Shown here one piece after another: positions 1-7,992 of a stretch of 56,115 nucleotides of DNA. The notes beneath the pieces were generated by a model, which worked only from the letters and a program-made list of their open reading frames with translations, had not been told where the DNA came from and searched no databases. The stretch is taken from positions 1 through 56,115 of IMG/VR virus record IMGVR_UViG_3300027881_000017; one strand, given 5' to 3'. Position 1 is the stretch's first letter, and every line of letters starts with the position of its first letter. The position numbers and the translations under genes are program-made. This DNA is from a virus. Lineage: Duplodnaviria; Caudoviricetes.

Positions 1-123
1 TACCAGATGCTTTAGAGATTGACGTAAATGATTCGGCAATAGCGGTTGACGTTCCATCTTTACCAGATTATTTAGAAGTAAATGTTAATGAACAACCGGT
101 TGTTACCGATGTTCCGACAGCAT
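1..123. repeat. Terminal overlap identical to 55993-56115 (circular contig junction)
   Basis: Direct comparison: taccagatgc...gttccgacagcat occurs at both ends, and the reading frame continues across the junction. Confidence 0.95.
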
Positions 124-1505
124 CTTTGCCGGACGCATTAGAGATAGATATAAATGAACCGGCTGTTCCGGTAGATGTTCTTAATTATTCTGTTGTTGAA
201 CCTGGAAATAAAATAATAAATATTCCCGAACCGGCAGTTGTTTCAGATGTTCCGACAGTATCTTTGCCTGATGCCTTAGAAATCAATGTTTTAGATTCAG
301 TGGTTGCTACCGAAGTAATAACGATTAATGCTGATTTTAATATCGATGTTTCAGACCCTGCAGTTGCTACCGAAGCAATAACAGTTGAAGCCAATTTTAA
401 TATAGAAGTAAGCGATCCAGCGATTGCCGGGGAAGCGATTACGGTTAGACCGTCGATAGGTATTGATATAAGCGATGCTGCGGTTGTGACGGAAGCGGCA
501 ACGATCGATGCAGCGATTGGTGTTGATGTAAATGACCCGGCAATTGCAACTGAATCTCTTTCATTAGAAATAGGTAATTTACAAATAGATGTTATTGATC
601 CTGCACGTACGACAGAATCAATAACTCTTGCAGGACTTATAGGTGCCATTGATCTTAATATATCGGAATCAGTGATTGTCACAGATGTTCCTACAGTGTA
701 TTCTTCTGCCGTAGTAGTTATGTCACTTACTTCTGGCATTGAAGAAACTCTGGCTTTGGATTCTGGTATTGAAGAGACATTGGCTTTGACTTCTGGAATT
801 GCCTCCGGGGTAGAACTTGGTTATGGTATTTTTAATGGGGCGTCTTCTTTTGTTACTGTTGAAGATGATGATGTTTTAACTTTTAGTGCTACGCCGTTTA
901 GTTTTGCTGGATGGATTTGGGTTGATAGCAGCAATAATTTGATAATGCAAAAAGGAAACTCGTCTGGCGACAAAGAATATGTTATTTACATGGGTAGTTC
1001 TCATCAGGTAATTATTGAGTTATTTGACCAAATTAATGGTGGCGATATTGAGCAAACTACAAGCAGCACTTTAACGGCGGGAAGATGGAATCATCTTGTA
1101 GCCACTCATGATGGCGGAACGGCTGCTTCTGGCATAAAGGTGTATATTGACGGGGTTTTAGCGGGTGTATCTACAAATAAAGACACCGGTACGTTTGTTC
1201 AAATGCAGAATGTTGCTGGGGAGGGATTACAAATTGGGTCTGGATATAACACTTTCGGTCTTAGTATTTTTAAGTTCGACGGCAGAATGAAGAATATTAA
1301 ATTATTTAATATCGAACTTACTCAAGATCAAATAGATGAAGAATTTGCAATTGGAACAGTGAATGAAAATCTCGTTGCTCATTATAAATTATATAACGAC
1401 GTAAATGATTCTGGCCCAAATTCACTTGATGGTGTAAATACAGACGTAACTTTTGGTTTCACAGCATATCAATCTTTATTAGAAATTGACAGCAGTTTAT
1501 TATAG
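1..1505 (+). CDS. C-terminal part of a long repeat-rich fibre protein with a LamG/concanavalin-A-like domain (gene starts at 54633)
   Basis: In frame with 54633..56115; I(D/N)V(N/S)DPAV-type repeats followed by LamG motifs (FSFAGWI, WNHLVATHDG, VYIDG, FDGRMKNIKLFN). Confidence 0.8.
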   Translation, partial: PDALEIDVNDSAIAVDVPSLPDYLEVNVNEQPVVTDVPTASLPDALEIDINEPAVPVDVLNYSVVEPGNKIINIPEPAVVSDVPTVSLPDALEINVLDSVVATEVITINADFNIDVSDPAVATEAITVEANFNIEVSDPAIAGEAITVRPSIGIDISDAAVVTEAATIDAAIGVDVNDPAIATESLSLEIGNLQIDVIDPARTTESITLAGLIGAIDLNISESVIVTDVPTVYSSAVVVMSLTSGIEETLALDSGIEETLALTSGIASGVELGYGIFNGASSFVTVEDDDVLTFSATPFSFAGWIWVDSSNNLIMQKGNSSGDKEYVIYMGSSHQVIIELFDQINGGDIEQTTSSTLTAGRWNHLVATHDGGTAASGIKVYIDGVLAGVSTNKDTGTFVQMQNVAGEGLQIGSGYNTFGLSIFKFDGRMKNIKLFNIELTQDQIDEEFAIGTVNENLVAHYKLYNDVNDSGPNSLDGVNTDVTFGFTAYQSLLEIDSSLL

Positions 1506-1513
1506 GAGAGATT

Positions 1514-1810
1514 ATGGCAGATTATCATGTAGGTCAAGATTTTAGATTAGAACTTGAAACCAATGTTCCTCTGACGGGTGGAACTTTATTAATTAAGTTT
1601 ATAAAACCAGACAAGAAAACTGAAGGATCATTTTCTGCAACGATTAATGGATCAGATGCCAGCAAAATGTACTATGATGTTGATGGGGCGGCTAAAGATT
1701 TAGATCAATCTGGTGAATGGCGGTTTTGGGCGCATGTAGTTTTTGCTGACACAACGATTGGCATCGGTTCAACAGTTGAACAAGTAATAAAAGCAGAAGG
1801 GCAAATATGA
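1514..1810 (+). CDS. Small virion structural protein, BppU N-terminal/Ig-like
   Basis: RBS aggag; IKPD...DLDQSGEW pattern typical of this family. Confidence 0.5.
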   Translation: MADYHVGQDFRLELETNVPLTGGTLLIKFIKPDKKTEGSFSATINGSDASKMYYDVDGAAKDLDQSGEWRFWAHVVFADTTIGIGSTVEQVIKAEGQI

Positions 1811-2109
1811 AAAGTATAATTGGTTACTGGGAGGTTTGGCATTTTGCTTTAGCCATAATTCTTTTTATGTGGGTTTATATAGGCCGATTCCCTTTTGATT
1901 TATTTTGGAAAGTTATTGGTAGAGATCCGTTTAAACAATTAACTCTTTATATAGTAATGGGGATTGCTTTGCTGTGGGAAATCGGAGAAGCCTTTTTTGG
2001 GTTGGGTGCGTACTTGGATTTTAAACATTTTCTTTTAAACAGCTATAAAGATTTAGGCGTGGCGTTAATCGGGAGTTTAATATGTATAATTTTGTTCAAA
2101 GAAGAATAG
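1807..2109 (+). CDS. Membrane protein (about 3 TM segments)
   Basis: Hydrophobic segments, LWEIGE motif, ATGA overlap with the previous gene. Confidence 0.6.
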   Translation: MKSIIGYWEVWHFALAIILFMWVYIGRFPFDLFWKVIGRDPFKQLTLYIVMGIALLWEIGEAFFGLGAYLDFKHFLLNSYKDLGVALIGSLICIILFKEE

Positions 2110-2117
2110 GAGAGAAA

Positions 2118-2561
2118 ATGAAAAAGGTAATTGTACTTTTATTGGTGCTTGTAGTTGCTGCTGCTTGTCAGCCTACTATGAAACTTGGATTCAGATGGGA
2201 TAAAAACACAGAGGAGGATATGGATCACTATGATCTTTTTACTTTAACCTTATCCGATAGTGCTGGATTTTTTGCTTTGACAACCTGGCCTGCAGATACA
2301 TCTGTTAAAAATGTCTATGTAGATTCTATAATTCACATGCCAAATCTATTAGCAACGATGGCGCATATTTATAGTCCCATTGATTCCATGGTGTATGAGT
2401 GGAATAAGAGGATGGAACAAAAATACTTGCGTGGCTATATTTTGGCCGCAGATTCATCCGGCAATACTTCTGCCCTCGCACCGTCTATTAATATTATATA
2501 TGTTGGTGATCGAGATGGTCCTGATATACCGACTCAAAATTTTGTATTTCCGAGGAAATAA
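2118..2561 (+). CDS. Predicted lipoprotein with FN3-like fold
   Basis: Start moved to ATG 2118 after ggagag; MKK + hydrophobic stretch + AAAC lipobox; W...Y...AADSSGNTS FN3-like pattern. Confidence 0.6.
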   Translation: MKKVIVLLLVLVVAAACQPTMKLGFRWDKNTEEDMDHYDLFTLTLSDSAGFFALTTWPADTSVKNVYVDSIIHMPNLLATMAHIYSPIDSMVYEWNKRMEQKYLRGYILAADSSGNTSALAPSINIIYVGDRDGPDIPTQNFVFPRK

Positions 2562-3134
2562 ATGTCAGGATTTTTTAAAATAAAATGGTGGCCGAGAAAA
2601 ATTAAAGTTAAGATTAAGAAGGAAGTGCCTGTGATTAATTTTGACGAGTATTATCAGAGTCCTAATTTCAGCAAGCGTAAATCTGAAATCGATAGTATCA
2701 TTATTCATCATACTGCTGGTACGTTTCCTGGGTGCGCTAAATGGTTGAGCATGGCAGAGTCTAAAGTGTCTGCTCATATTGTAATAACTCAGGACGGCAA
2801 TACTTATAGATTGGTTGCTGAGCATAATCGAGCGTGGCACGCAGGCAGAGGATCTTTCGATGCGAACAAAGATGGCATAATCTCACCGGCAGAAAAGTTT
2901 TGGAACGACCATTCTATTGGTATTGAACTTGAGGCGGTGAAGCCGTATAGTTATTCCGAAGATCAATTGGACGCATTAACCAGGCTGGTTTATTATTATG
3001 TGTACGAATATCATAGTATTAAGATTGAACAAATTTTAGGCCATAAAGAAATTGCTCCTGACAGGAAAATTGATCCGGCTAATTTTGATATGGATGAGTT
3101 TAGAGAAAAAATAAACAGGTGGAAAAACGGATGA
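2562..3134 (+). CDS. Endolysin, N-acetylmuramoyl-L-alanine amidase (Amidase_2/AmpD-like)
   Basis: IIIHHT, SAH, RAWHAG, SIGIE, GHKEIAPDRKIDP zinc-amidase motifs. Confidence 0.92.
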   Translation: MSGFFKIKWWPRKIKVKIKKEVPVINFDEYYQSPNFSKRKSEIDSIIIHHTAGTFPGCAKWLSMAESKVSAHIVITQDGNTYRLVAEHNRAWHAGRGSFDANKDGIISPAEKFWNDHSIGIELEAVKPYSYSEDQLDALTRLVYYYVYEYHSIKIEQILGHKEIAPDRKIDPANFDMDEFREKINRWKNG

Positions 3135-3493
3135 AAGAATATTTTGTTGTATGTTTACTCGCTATGTTGATTGGAACTTTAGACTACCTTTTGAAGGGCA
3201 CTGTGGTTTGGAAAGATTTGCCGAAACTTTTTCAAGGAATGAGTTGGCACAGCACAATGGCAGGGTTGTATTTCATTGTAGTTTTCTTTTATGCTTATTC
3301 ACATGGACAATGGATATTTTTAATTGGGTGGCTGGGGATTATAAACGAAGACTTTTGGTTTTGGATTATTCGTTGGGCAGTTGAAGATCGGATTAGTTTT
3401 ATTCCTGTGTTCAAATGGCTGACGCTCCGAATATATATATTCATATTGGCCGTATGCAATATTATAATGCTCATGGCATTTAACTTAACTTAA
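3131..3493 (+). CDS. Multi-pass membrane protein (lysis region)
   Basis: ATGA overlap with the amidase; several hydrophobic helices. Confidence 0.55.
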   Translation: MKEYFVVCLLAMLIGTLDYLLKGTVVWKDLPKLFQGMSWHSTMAGLYFIVVFFYAYSHGQWIFLIGWLGIINEDFWFWIIRWAVEDRISFIPVFKWLTLRIYIFILAVCNIIMLMAFNLT

Positions 3494-3503
3494 GGAGGTA
3501 TGT

Positions 3504-3857
3504 ATGTTTGCTCGTAGAATTTTTATAACCATCCTGGCAATCTTATTTATTTTTGCAGTCGGGATTTTATTTGCACAGGAATTTCCAGAGGAGGGATTTA
3601 ATTGGGCATCTCTTGGCGTGAACGTTGGAATAATTGGTGCGATCATCGCGATAGTACAGATCTTTAAAAAGTACATCCCGGTGAAGTTTGTTGTGTTTGC
3701 ACCGATCGTGTTATCTGTAGCAGCATTCTTTGTAATGGGCGGGGATCAGCCTACTGAAAATGTTTTATATTGGGCAGCCGCCGCAGGTTACTTATGGAAA
3801 ATTGCCAACAAGATAACGCCAGACGGGATACTTAAAACGAAAGCAGAATTGGAGTAA
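3504..3857 (+). CDS. Holin-like membrane protein
   Basis: Strong RBS taaggagg; several TM segments; near the endolysin. Confidence 0.45.
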   Translation: MFARRIFITILAILFIFAVGILFAQEFPEEGFNWASLGVNVGIIGAIIAIVQIFKKYIPVKFVVFAPIVLSVAAFFVMGGDQPTENVLYWAAAAGYLWKIANKITPDGILKTKAELE

Positions 3858-4417
3858 TGATGAATAAGCAGATCACTACATATTTGATTGTTGGTATACT
3901 TTGTATAGTAATTGGTCTGCTTCTGCATCCGGTATTTTTTGAGAAGACGGAGCCACCGATTGTAATACCAGTGGCTCCTGATTCTACCTTTATGACAGGA
4001 GCGCCGGATACAGTTTGGACAGAAGCAGAGATAATTTATGTACCAAAATATACTTACCGGGACACCGGCTCAACAAGATATGACACAGTGAGAGAAACAA
4101 CCTATGTTGCTGTCGAACGTACTGTGATTAATAGTTATAAATATTTTAAACATAGCGATTTTACGACAAGTAAAATTTGGACAAAAAGCGCAGGGGAAGT
4201 TTTTGATATTGATAATGAAGTAATTGTTGAATGGCAAGAACATTATGAAGCAGAATATGAACCACAAATAAAAGCAGATATTAAAAGACGCAATGAAAAT
4301 AATTTACTTAAAGCAACCGCAGCGATGGCCTTAGCAGCAGGTGGAGCAGCTACCGGAGAATGGGAAATTGCCTTGGTCGGAATTGGCCTGGGCGGAATTG
4401 TTATTATAGCATTTTAA
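3857..4417 (+). CDS. Membrane-anchored protein with N- and C-terminal hydrophobic segments (possible spanin-like)
   Basis: TM at both ends; lysis-region context. Confidence 0.35.
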   Translation: MMNKQITTYLIVGILCIVIGLLLHPVFFEKTEPPIVIPVAPDSTFMTGAPDTVWTEAEIIYVPKYTYRDTGSTRYDTVRETTYVAVERTVINSYKYFKHSDFTTSKIWTKSAGEVFDIDNEVIVEWQEHYEAEYEPQIKADIKRRNENNLLKATAAMALAAGGAATGEWEIALVGIGLGGIVIIAF

Positions 4418-4427
4418 AGGAGTAAAA

Positions 4428-4793
4428 TTGGAAAAAAGAAGAGACGATAGTGGTTATAATAAACGACGGGTTTTTGATATTAAGACCATTATTGTAATAA
4501 TGACAGCCCTATTTGGTAGTAGCGGAATTACGGGGTTAACTTCGTATTTAACTGATCCGAATATAGAACTTCAGATGAAGGTGTCTGCTATTGAGCAAGA
4601 GGAGAAATTACACTATACAGAGATTACCGCTAAAGCGGAAAACCAAGATACGCGAATGGAAAATTATATAAAAGCGCACGACAACGAAGTTCAATTAAGG
4701 CAACAATTAACCGACCAGGAGTTTGAACATATAAAAGAATTACTCCAAGAAATAAAAACGGATGTAAAATCTATAAAGAATGGCAGGCCATAA
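4428..4793 (+). CDS. Single-TM coiled-coil protein
   Basis: aaggag RBS with TTG start; TM followed by a coiled-coil-like segment. Confidence 0.5.
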   Translation: MEKRRDDSGYNKRRVFDIKTIIVIMTALFGSSGITGLTSYLTDPNIELQMKVSAIEQEEKLHYTEITAKAENQDTRMENYIKAHDNEVQLRQQLTDQEFEHIKELLQEIKTDVKSIKNGRP

Positions 4794-5740
4794 TGTATGA
4801 AATGGTTACATTGAAAGAAGTCAAGGCGTGGTTAGATATTGAGTTGACGAACTCAGATAGCAACGTGGCGCTTAATTATATGATTGATTCGGTGACGAAG
4901 TTCATCGAAACATATATAAATAAGCAAGTGATTACCAGGCCATATACCGAGTTCCAGGACGGGGATAGACAAAGGAATTTGCTAACTAAATTTTATCCGA
5001 TATACAGTGTTACAAGCTTGCATGATGACCCAGGTCATGATTACGGTTCTAATGAATTAATAGCAACTGATGATTATCGAGTATATTATGATCATGGCGA
5101 GATTAAACTCACAGAGGGCGAAGGCAAATTTTTTGCCGGCCAGCAGAACATTAAACTGGTATACCGAGCAGGATTGTCAAGGTATCAACTTGTAGATGAG
5201 GCAAACAACTATATTGATATTAAGGAAAGTTCTTCAGGCACAGATTATGCTATTGAGGTTGCGCCCGCCACAACTCCGTTCGGTAAGTTTGAAGGGTATG
5301 ATGCCGAAGGACTTGCGACAGCGATAGCTGCGGCCTTGAATGCTTCTGCGGATTTGGCTTTGGCTTATACTGTTTTTTATAACCAGTCAAGTAAAAAATT
5401 TACTTTTTCTTCAGGCACTGATTTCGATTTGAAGTGGTTCTCCGGTGCCAGCAGTTTAAAAAACATGGCAGAACTTTTAGGGTTCAGCACGAGTACAGAT
5501 ACGCAAGACGGGACAAGTCATTTAAGTATAGGGACAGATGCATTTACCGGTGTTCCAGATGATTTAAAAGTTGCTGCCCTTCAAATTATAGATTTCCTAC
5601 ACAATGAAAGTGCAGCGGGTAAAGGGAATTTGACTCAGAAAAAAACAATATTGCCTCACGGGGAAGGAACCATGGAATTTATAAAAGATATGCCAGTCGA
5701 GGCAAAGCGAATTTTAGATAGTTATTCAGGAGCAATATAG
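4793..5740 (+). CDS. Head-tail adaptor (gp6/gp15-like) with inserted domain
   Basis: VTLKEVKAWL...IETY N-terminus, YRAG, VPDDLKVAAL, ILDSY C-terminus; internal insert of about 130 aa. Confidence 0.8.
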   Translation: MYEMVTLKEVKAWLDIELTNSDSNVALNYMIDSVTKFIETYINKQVITRPYTEFQDGDRQRNLLTKFYPIYSVTSLHDDPGHDYGSNELIATDDYRVYYDHGEIKLTEGEGKFFAGQQNIKLVYRAGLSRYQLVDEANNYIDIKESSSGTDYAIEVAPATTPFGKFEGYDAEGLATAIAAALNASADLALAYTVFYNQSSKKFTFSSGTDFDLKWFSGASSLKNMAELLGFSTSTDTQDGTSHLSIGTDAFTGVPDDLKVAALQIIDFLHNESAAGKGNLTQKKTILPHGEGTMEFIKDMPVEAKRILDSYSGAI

Positions 5741-6243
5741 TGCCAGTAACTATGACGGTTGATCAAAAAGATATGATTCGAATGTTTCGTCGGCTTCAAA
5801 CTATTTCTCCAGAGATGGTTAGAATTGGTTTAATTGAATCCATGGAGCATGTTGGATTAAAAGCTGTGTCAAAATACATGAAAGTACGTTCCGTGGTGGA
5901 TGCCGCAACCGGCAGAACAGGAAAAAGAAAAAGCGCAGGAGAAAAATTAGGCGTAGTAACATCGCGGTTAGCACGTAGTATCTTGGGCAAAGAAAGCACT
6001 CACGGCCAAGAAAGCATAAGAAGGATTGTTTTTGATGGTAAAGATATGATTGCTGAGATAGGCAGTAAAGTTCCTTATGCCGCAATCCATGAATACGGTG
6101 GTAAGGCCGGTAGAAATAAGTCGGTTCGGATTCCTCAGCGAGCATATTTGAATCCAGCCATTGATGATAGCGATACAGCTATCTTTAAAATCATGAAAAC
6201 TAAACTCGACATAGCGGTAAGGATGGCTGAACGTGGCGTCTAA
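5740..6243 (+). CDS. Neck/tail completion protein (Mu gpG / HK97 gp10-like)
   Basis: RLARSI, IGSKVPYAAIHEYGG, IPQRAYLNPA motifs. Confidence 0.8.
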   Translation: MPVTMTVDQKDMIRMFRRLQTISPEMVRIGLIESMEHVGLKAVSKYMKVRSVVDAATGRTGKRKSAGEKLGVVTSRLARSILGKESTHGQESIRRIVFDGKDMIAEIGSKVPYAAIHEYGGKAGRNKSVRIPQRAYLNPAIDDSDTAIFKIMKTKLDIAVRMAERGV

Positions 6244-6706
6244 AAGAGCACAGATTTTATCTGCAATAAAAACAAAATTACAAACGATAGCACACTCAGC
6301 TGGATATAACGATACAGTTAAAAAGGTTTCTTATGGTTACATTCCATATAGTAAAGTTAATCAATATCCAACTGTTTGCTTAATACCACTTGATGGAATT
6401 TTTGAGCCATTGACTAATGATGAATATACTTCTGGAACTGGAAGAAATACTACTGACGGCTGGCCGATTGCAGTGATCAGTTATGTGAAAAATAAAGTAG
6501 GCGAAGAAGAATTATCTGATAGCCGGGAAAATATGATTGAAGATGTAGCGAAAGCAATTATGCTTGACCGGCATCTTGGTCTTCCCGCTTTTGTCCATAC
6601 CACGTATTATGTTAGTTGTGAAGGGACATTAGATCTTGAGGATAGTGTGGCCACAATAACTCAAATTTTTAGTGTGAAATATGATTTTGATATAACAACA
6701 CCATGA
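6233..6706 (+). CDS. Tail terminator-like protein
   Basis: SKRAQILSAIKTKL N-terminus; position just before the tail tube genes. Confidence 0.6.
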   Translation: MASKRAQILSAIKTKLQTIAHSAGYNDTVKKVSYGYIPYSKVNQYPTVCLIPLDGIFEPLTNDEYTSGTGRNTTDGWPIAVISYVKNKVGEEELSDSRENMIEDVAKAIMLDRHLGLPAFVHTTYYVSCEGTLDLEDSVATITQIFSVKYDFDITTP

Positions 6707-6924
6707 TAATAAAAAAGAAAATACAAGAAAAGATCAAGGCTGTTAGATGTTTTAATATTATATCTAATGACGGTGATCCTAAATTTGGTATGGAATGTGA
6801 ACGAAAACTATTATACAAAAATAGCCAAGGCGAAGTTGCAGGAGAGATAAAGTGCTTAAGATGTGGCGCGGTTTATGATATAAAAAACGGTGAATTAATA
6901 TTAATTAACAGTGGAGAAAAATAA
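6703..6924 (+). CDS. Com-like zinc-ribbon protein
   Basis: RC...CERKL...EIKCLRCG pattern of the Mu Com family. Confidence 0.6.
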   Translation: MIIKKKIQEKIKAVRCFNIISNDGDPKFGMECERKLLYKNSQGEVAGEIKCLRCGAVYDIKNGELILINSGEK

Positions 6925-7979
6925 TGAGTACAGGTCAAGGCGTTGCTTCAAGATGCGCGCTTGGTAAAGAATCGAGTTTTGGAACCGCTGTAGCGGTCAC
7001 GGACATCGTTCCGTTTTCAAGCGAGAGTATAAACCGAGCAATACAGCAACTTGAAAAACAATATTTAGATGGCACAGTCGGCCGTAAGGGTTTAAAGAAC
7101 AGCGTCGTTAGTGTTCTTGGTGGATTGGAATGTGAGTTTATATGGGACGAAGAAAGTGGAGATCCTATCGGGCTTGAAAATTTCTTACGTGGATTTTTTG
7201 GAGCCAGTGCCAGAGATGCCGGTAATGGTTTAAACCAGTACAAAACGGCTAATGCGGTTGATGATTTTTACACTATTTGTTTTAATAAGCAAGTCAGTAA
7301 CTGGGAAATTGTTAGTGCAAAAATTAATACCTTAACGATCGCTGGAGAATCTGCGGGCAAGTTCACGCTGGCAGTAGAAATTATTGGATATGATTTATTA
7401 AGAACCGGTGATGGTGGAATTACAAATGCCATTGCAGCGGTAACAGGTCTTTCAAATACCGATGATCCTGCTGCTATGGTGTATGATGATTTGGTGTTTA
7501 GAATCGGCGATCAGGCAAATTCATTGGCTGCTGGCGATCAGTATAAGATTGATAGTTTTGAATTGGTTTGCAATAACAATTTGACAGAGCCGGAATTTTC
7601 AACTATTGATTCAGGCCATACAGACAGTTTGTTAACATTGGAACCGGTTCGCAATGGACAGCGAGAAGTGGATCTGAAAATTACTTTACCAAGATACGAT
7701 TCAGATCAAATTTTTACTTGGTTGAACAATGGGACTGCTCTGCAAGCAGATCTAAAAGTCGCCAGCGGTAGTTATGAATTTAATATGCTTCTGCCAAACG
7801 TTAAAATTGTGGGCGACCCAACGGCAAATATTGGCGGGGCAGAATTAATCAAACCGGAAATTAATATACAGGCACACAGGTTGGCGGCAAAACATGCTTA
7901 TATGACGTACCAGGACAGTGATACTATTGATGATGAGATTGGTATTGAGGCCAAGTCTGGTAGAACCACGCAAGCATAA
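6924..7979 (+). CDS. Major tail tube protein
   Basis: KESSFGTAVA...FSSESI N-terminus, CNNNL and REV motifs of tail-tube proteins; gene position. Confidence 0.75.
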   Translation: MSTGQGVASRCALGKESSFGTAVAVTDIVPFSSESINRAIQQLEKQYLDGTVGRKGLKNSVVSVLGGLECEFIWDEESGDPIGLENFLRGFFGASARDAGNGLNQYKTANAVDDFYTICFNKQVSNWEIVSAKINTLTIAGESAGKFTLAVEIIGYDLLRTGDGGITNAIAAVTGLSNTDDPAAMVYDDLVFRIGDQANSLAAGDQYKIDSFELVCNNNLTEPEFSTIDSGHTDSLLTLEPVRNGQREVDLKITLPRYDSDQIFTWLNNGTALQADLKVASGSYEFNMLLPNVKIVGDPTANIGGAELIKPEINIQAHRLAAKHAYMTYQDSDTIDDEIGIEAKSGRTTQA

Positions 7980-7992
7980 GGAGAAAAAATAA

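Noticed and set aside
1-123. Biological direct terminal repeat
   Set aside because: It lies inside a coding tandem repeat and is better explained as assembly overlap of a circular contig
185-739. Long antisense ORFs (also 12586..13161, 28200..28712 and similar)
   Set aside because: Shadows of well-supported genes on the opposite strand, with no RBS or recognisable motifs
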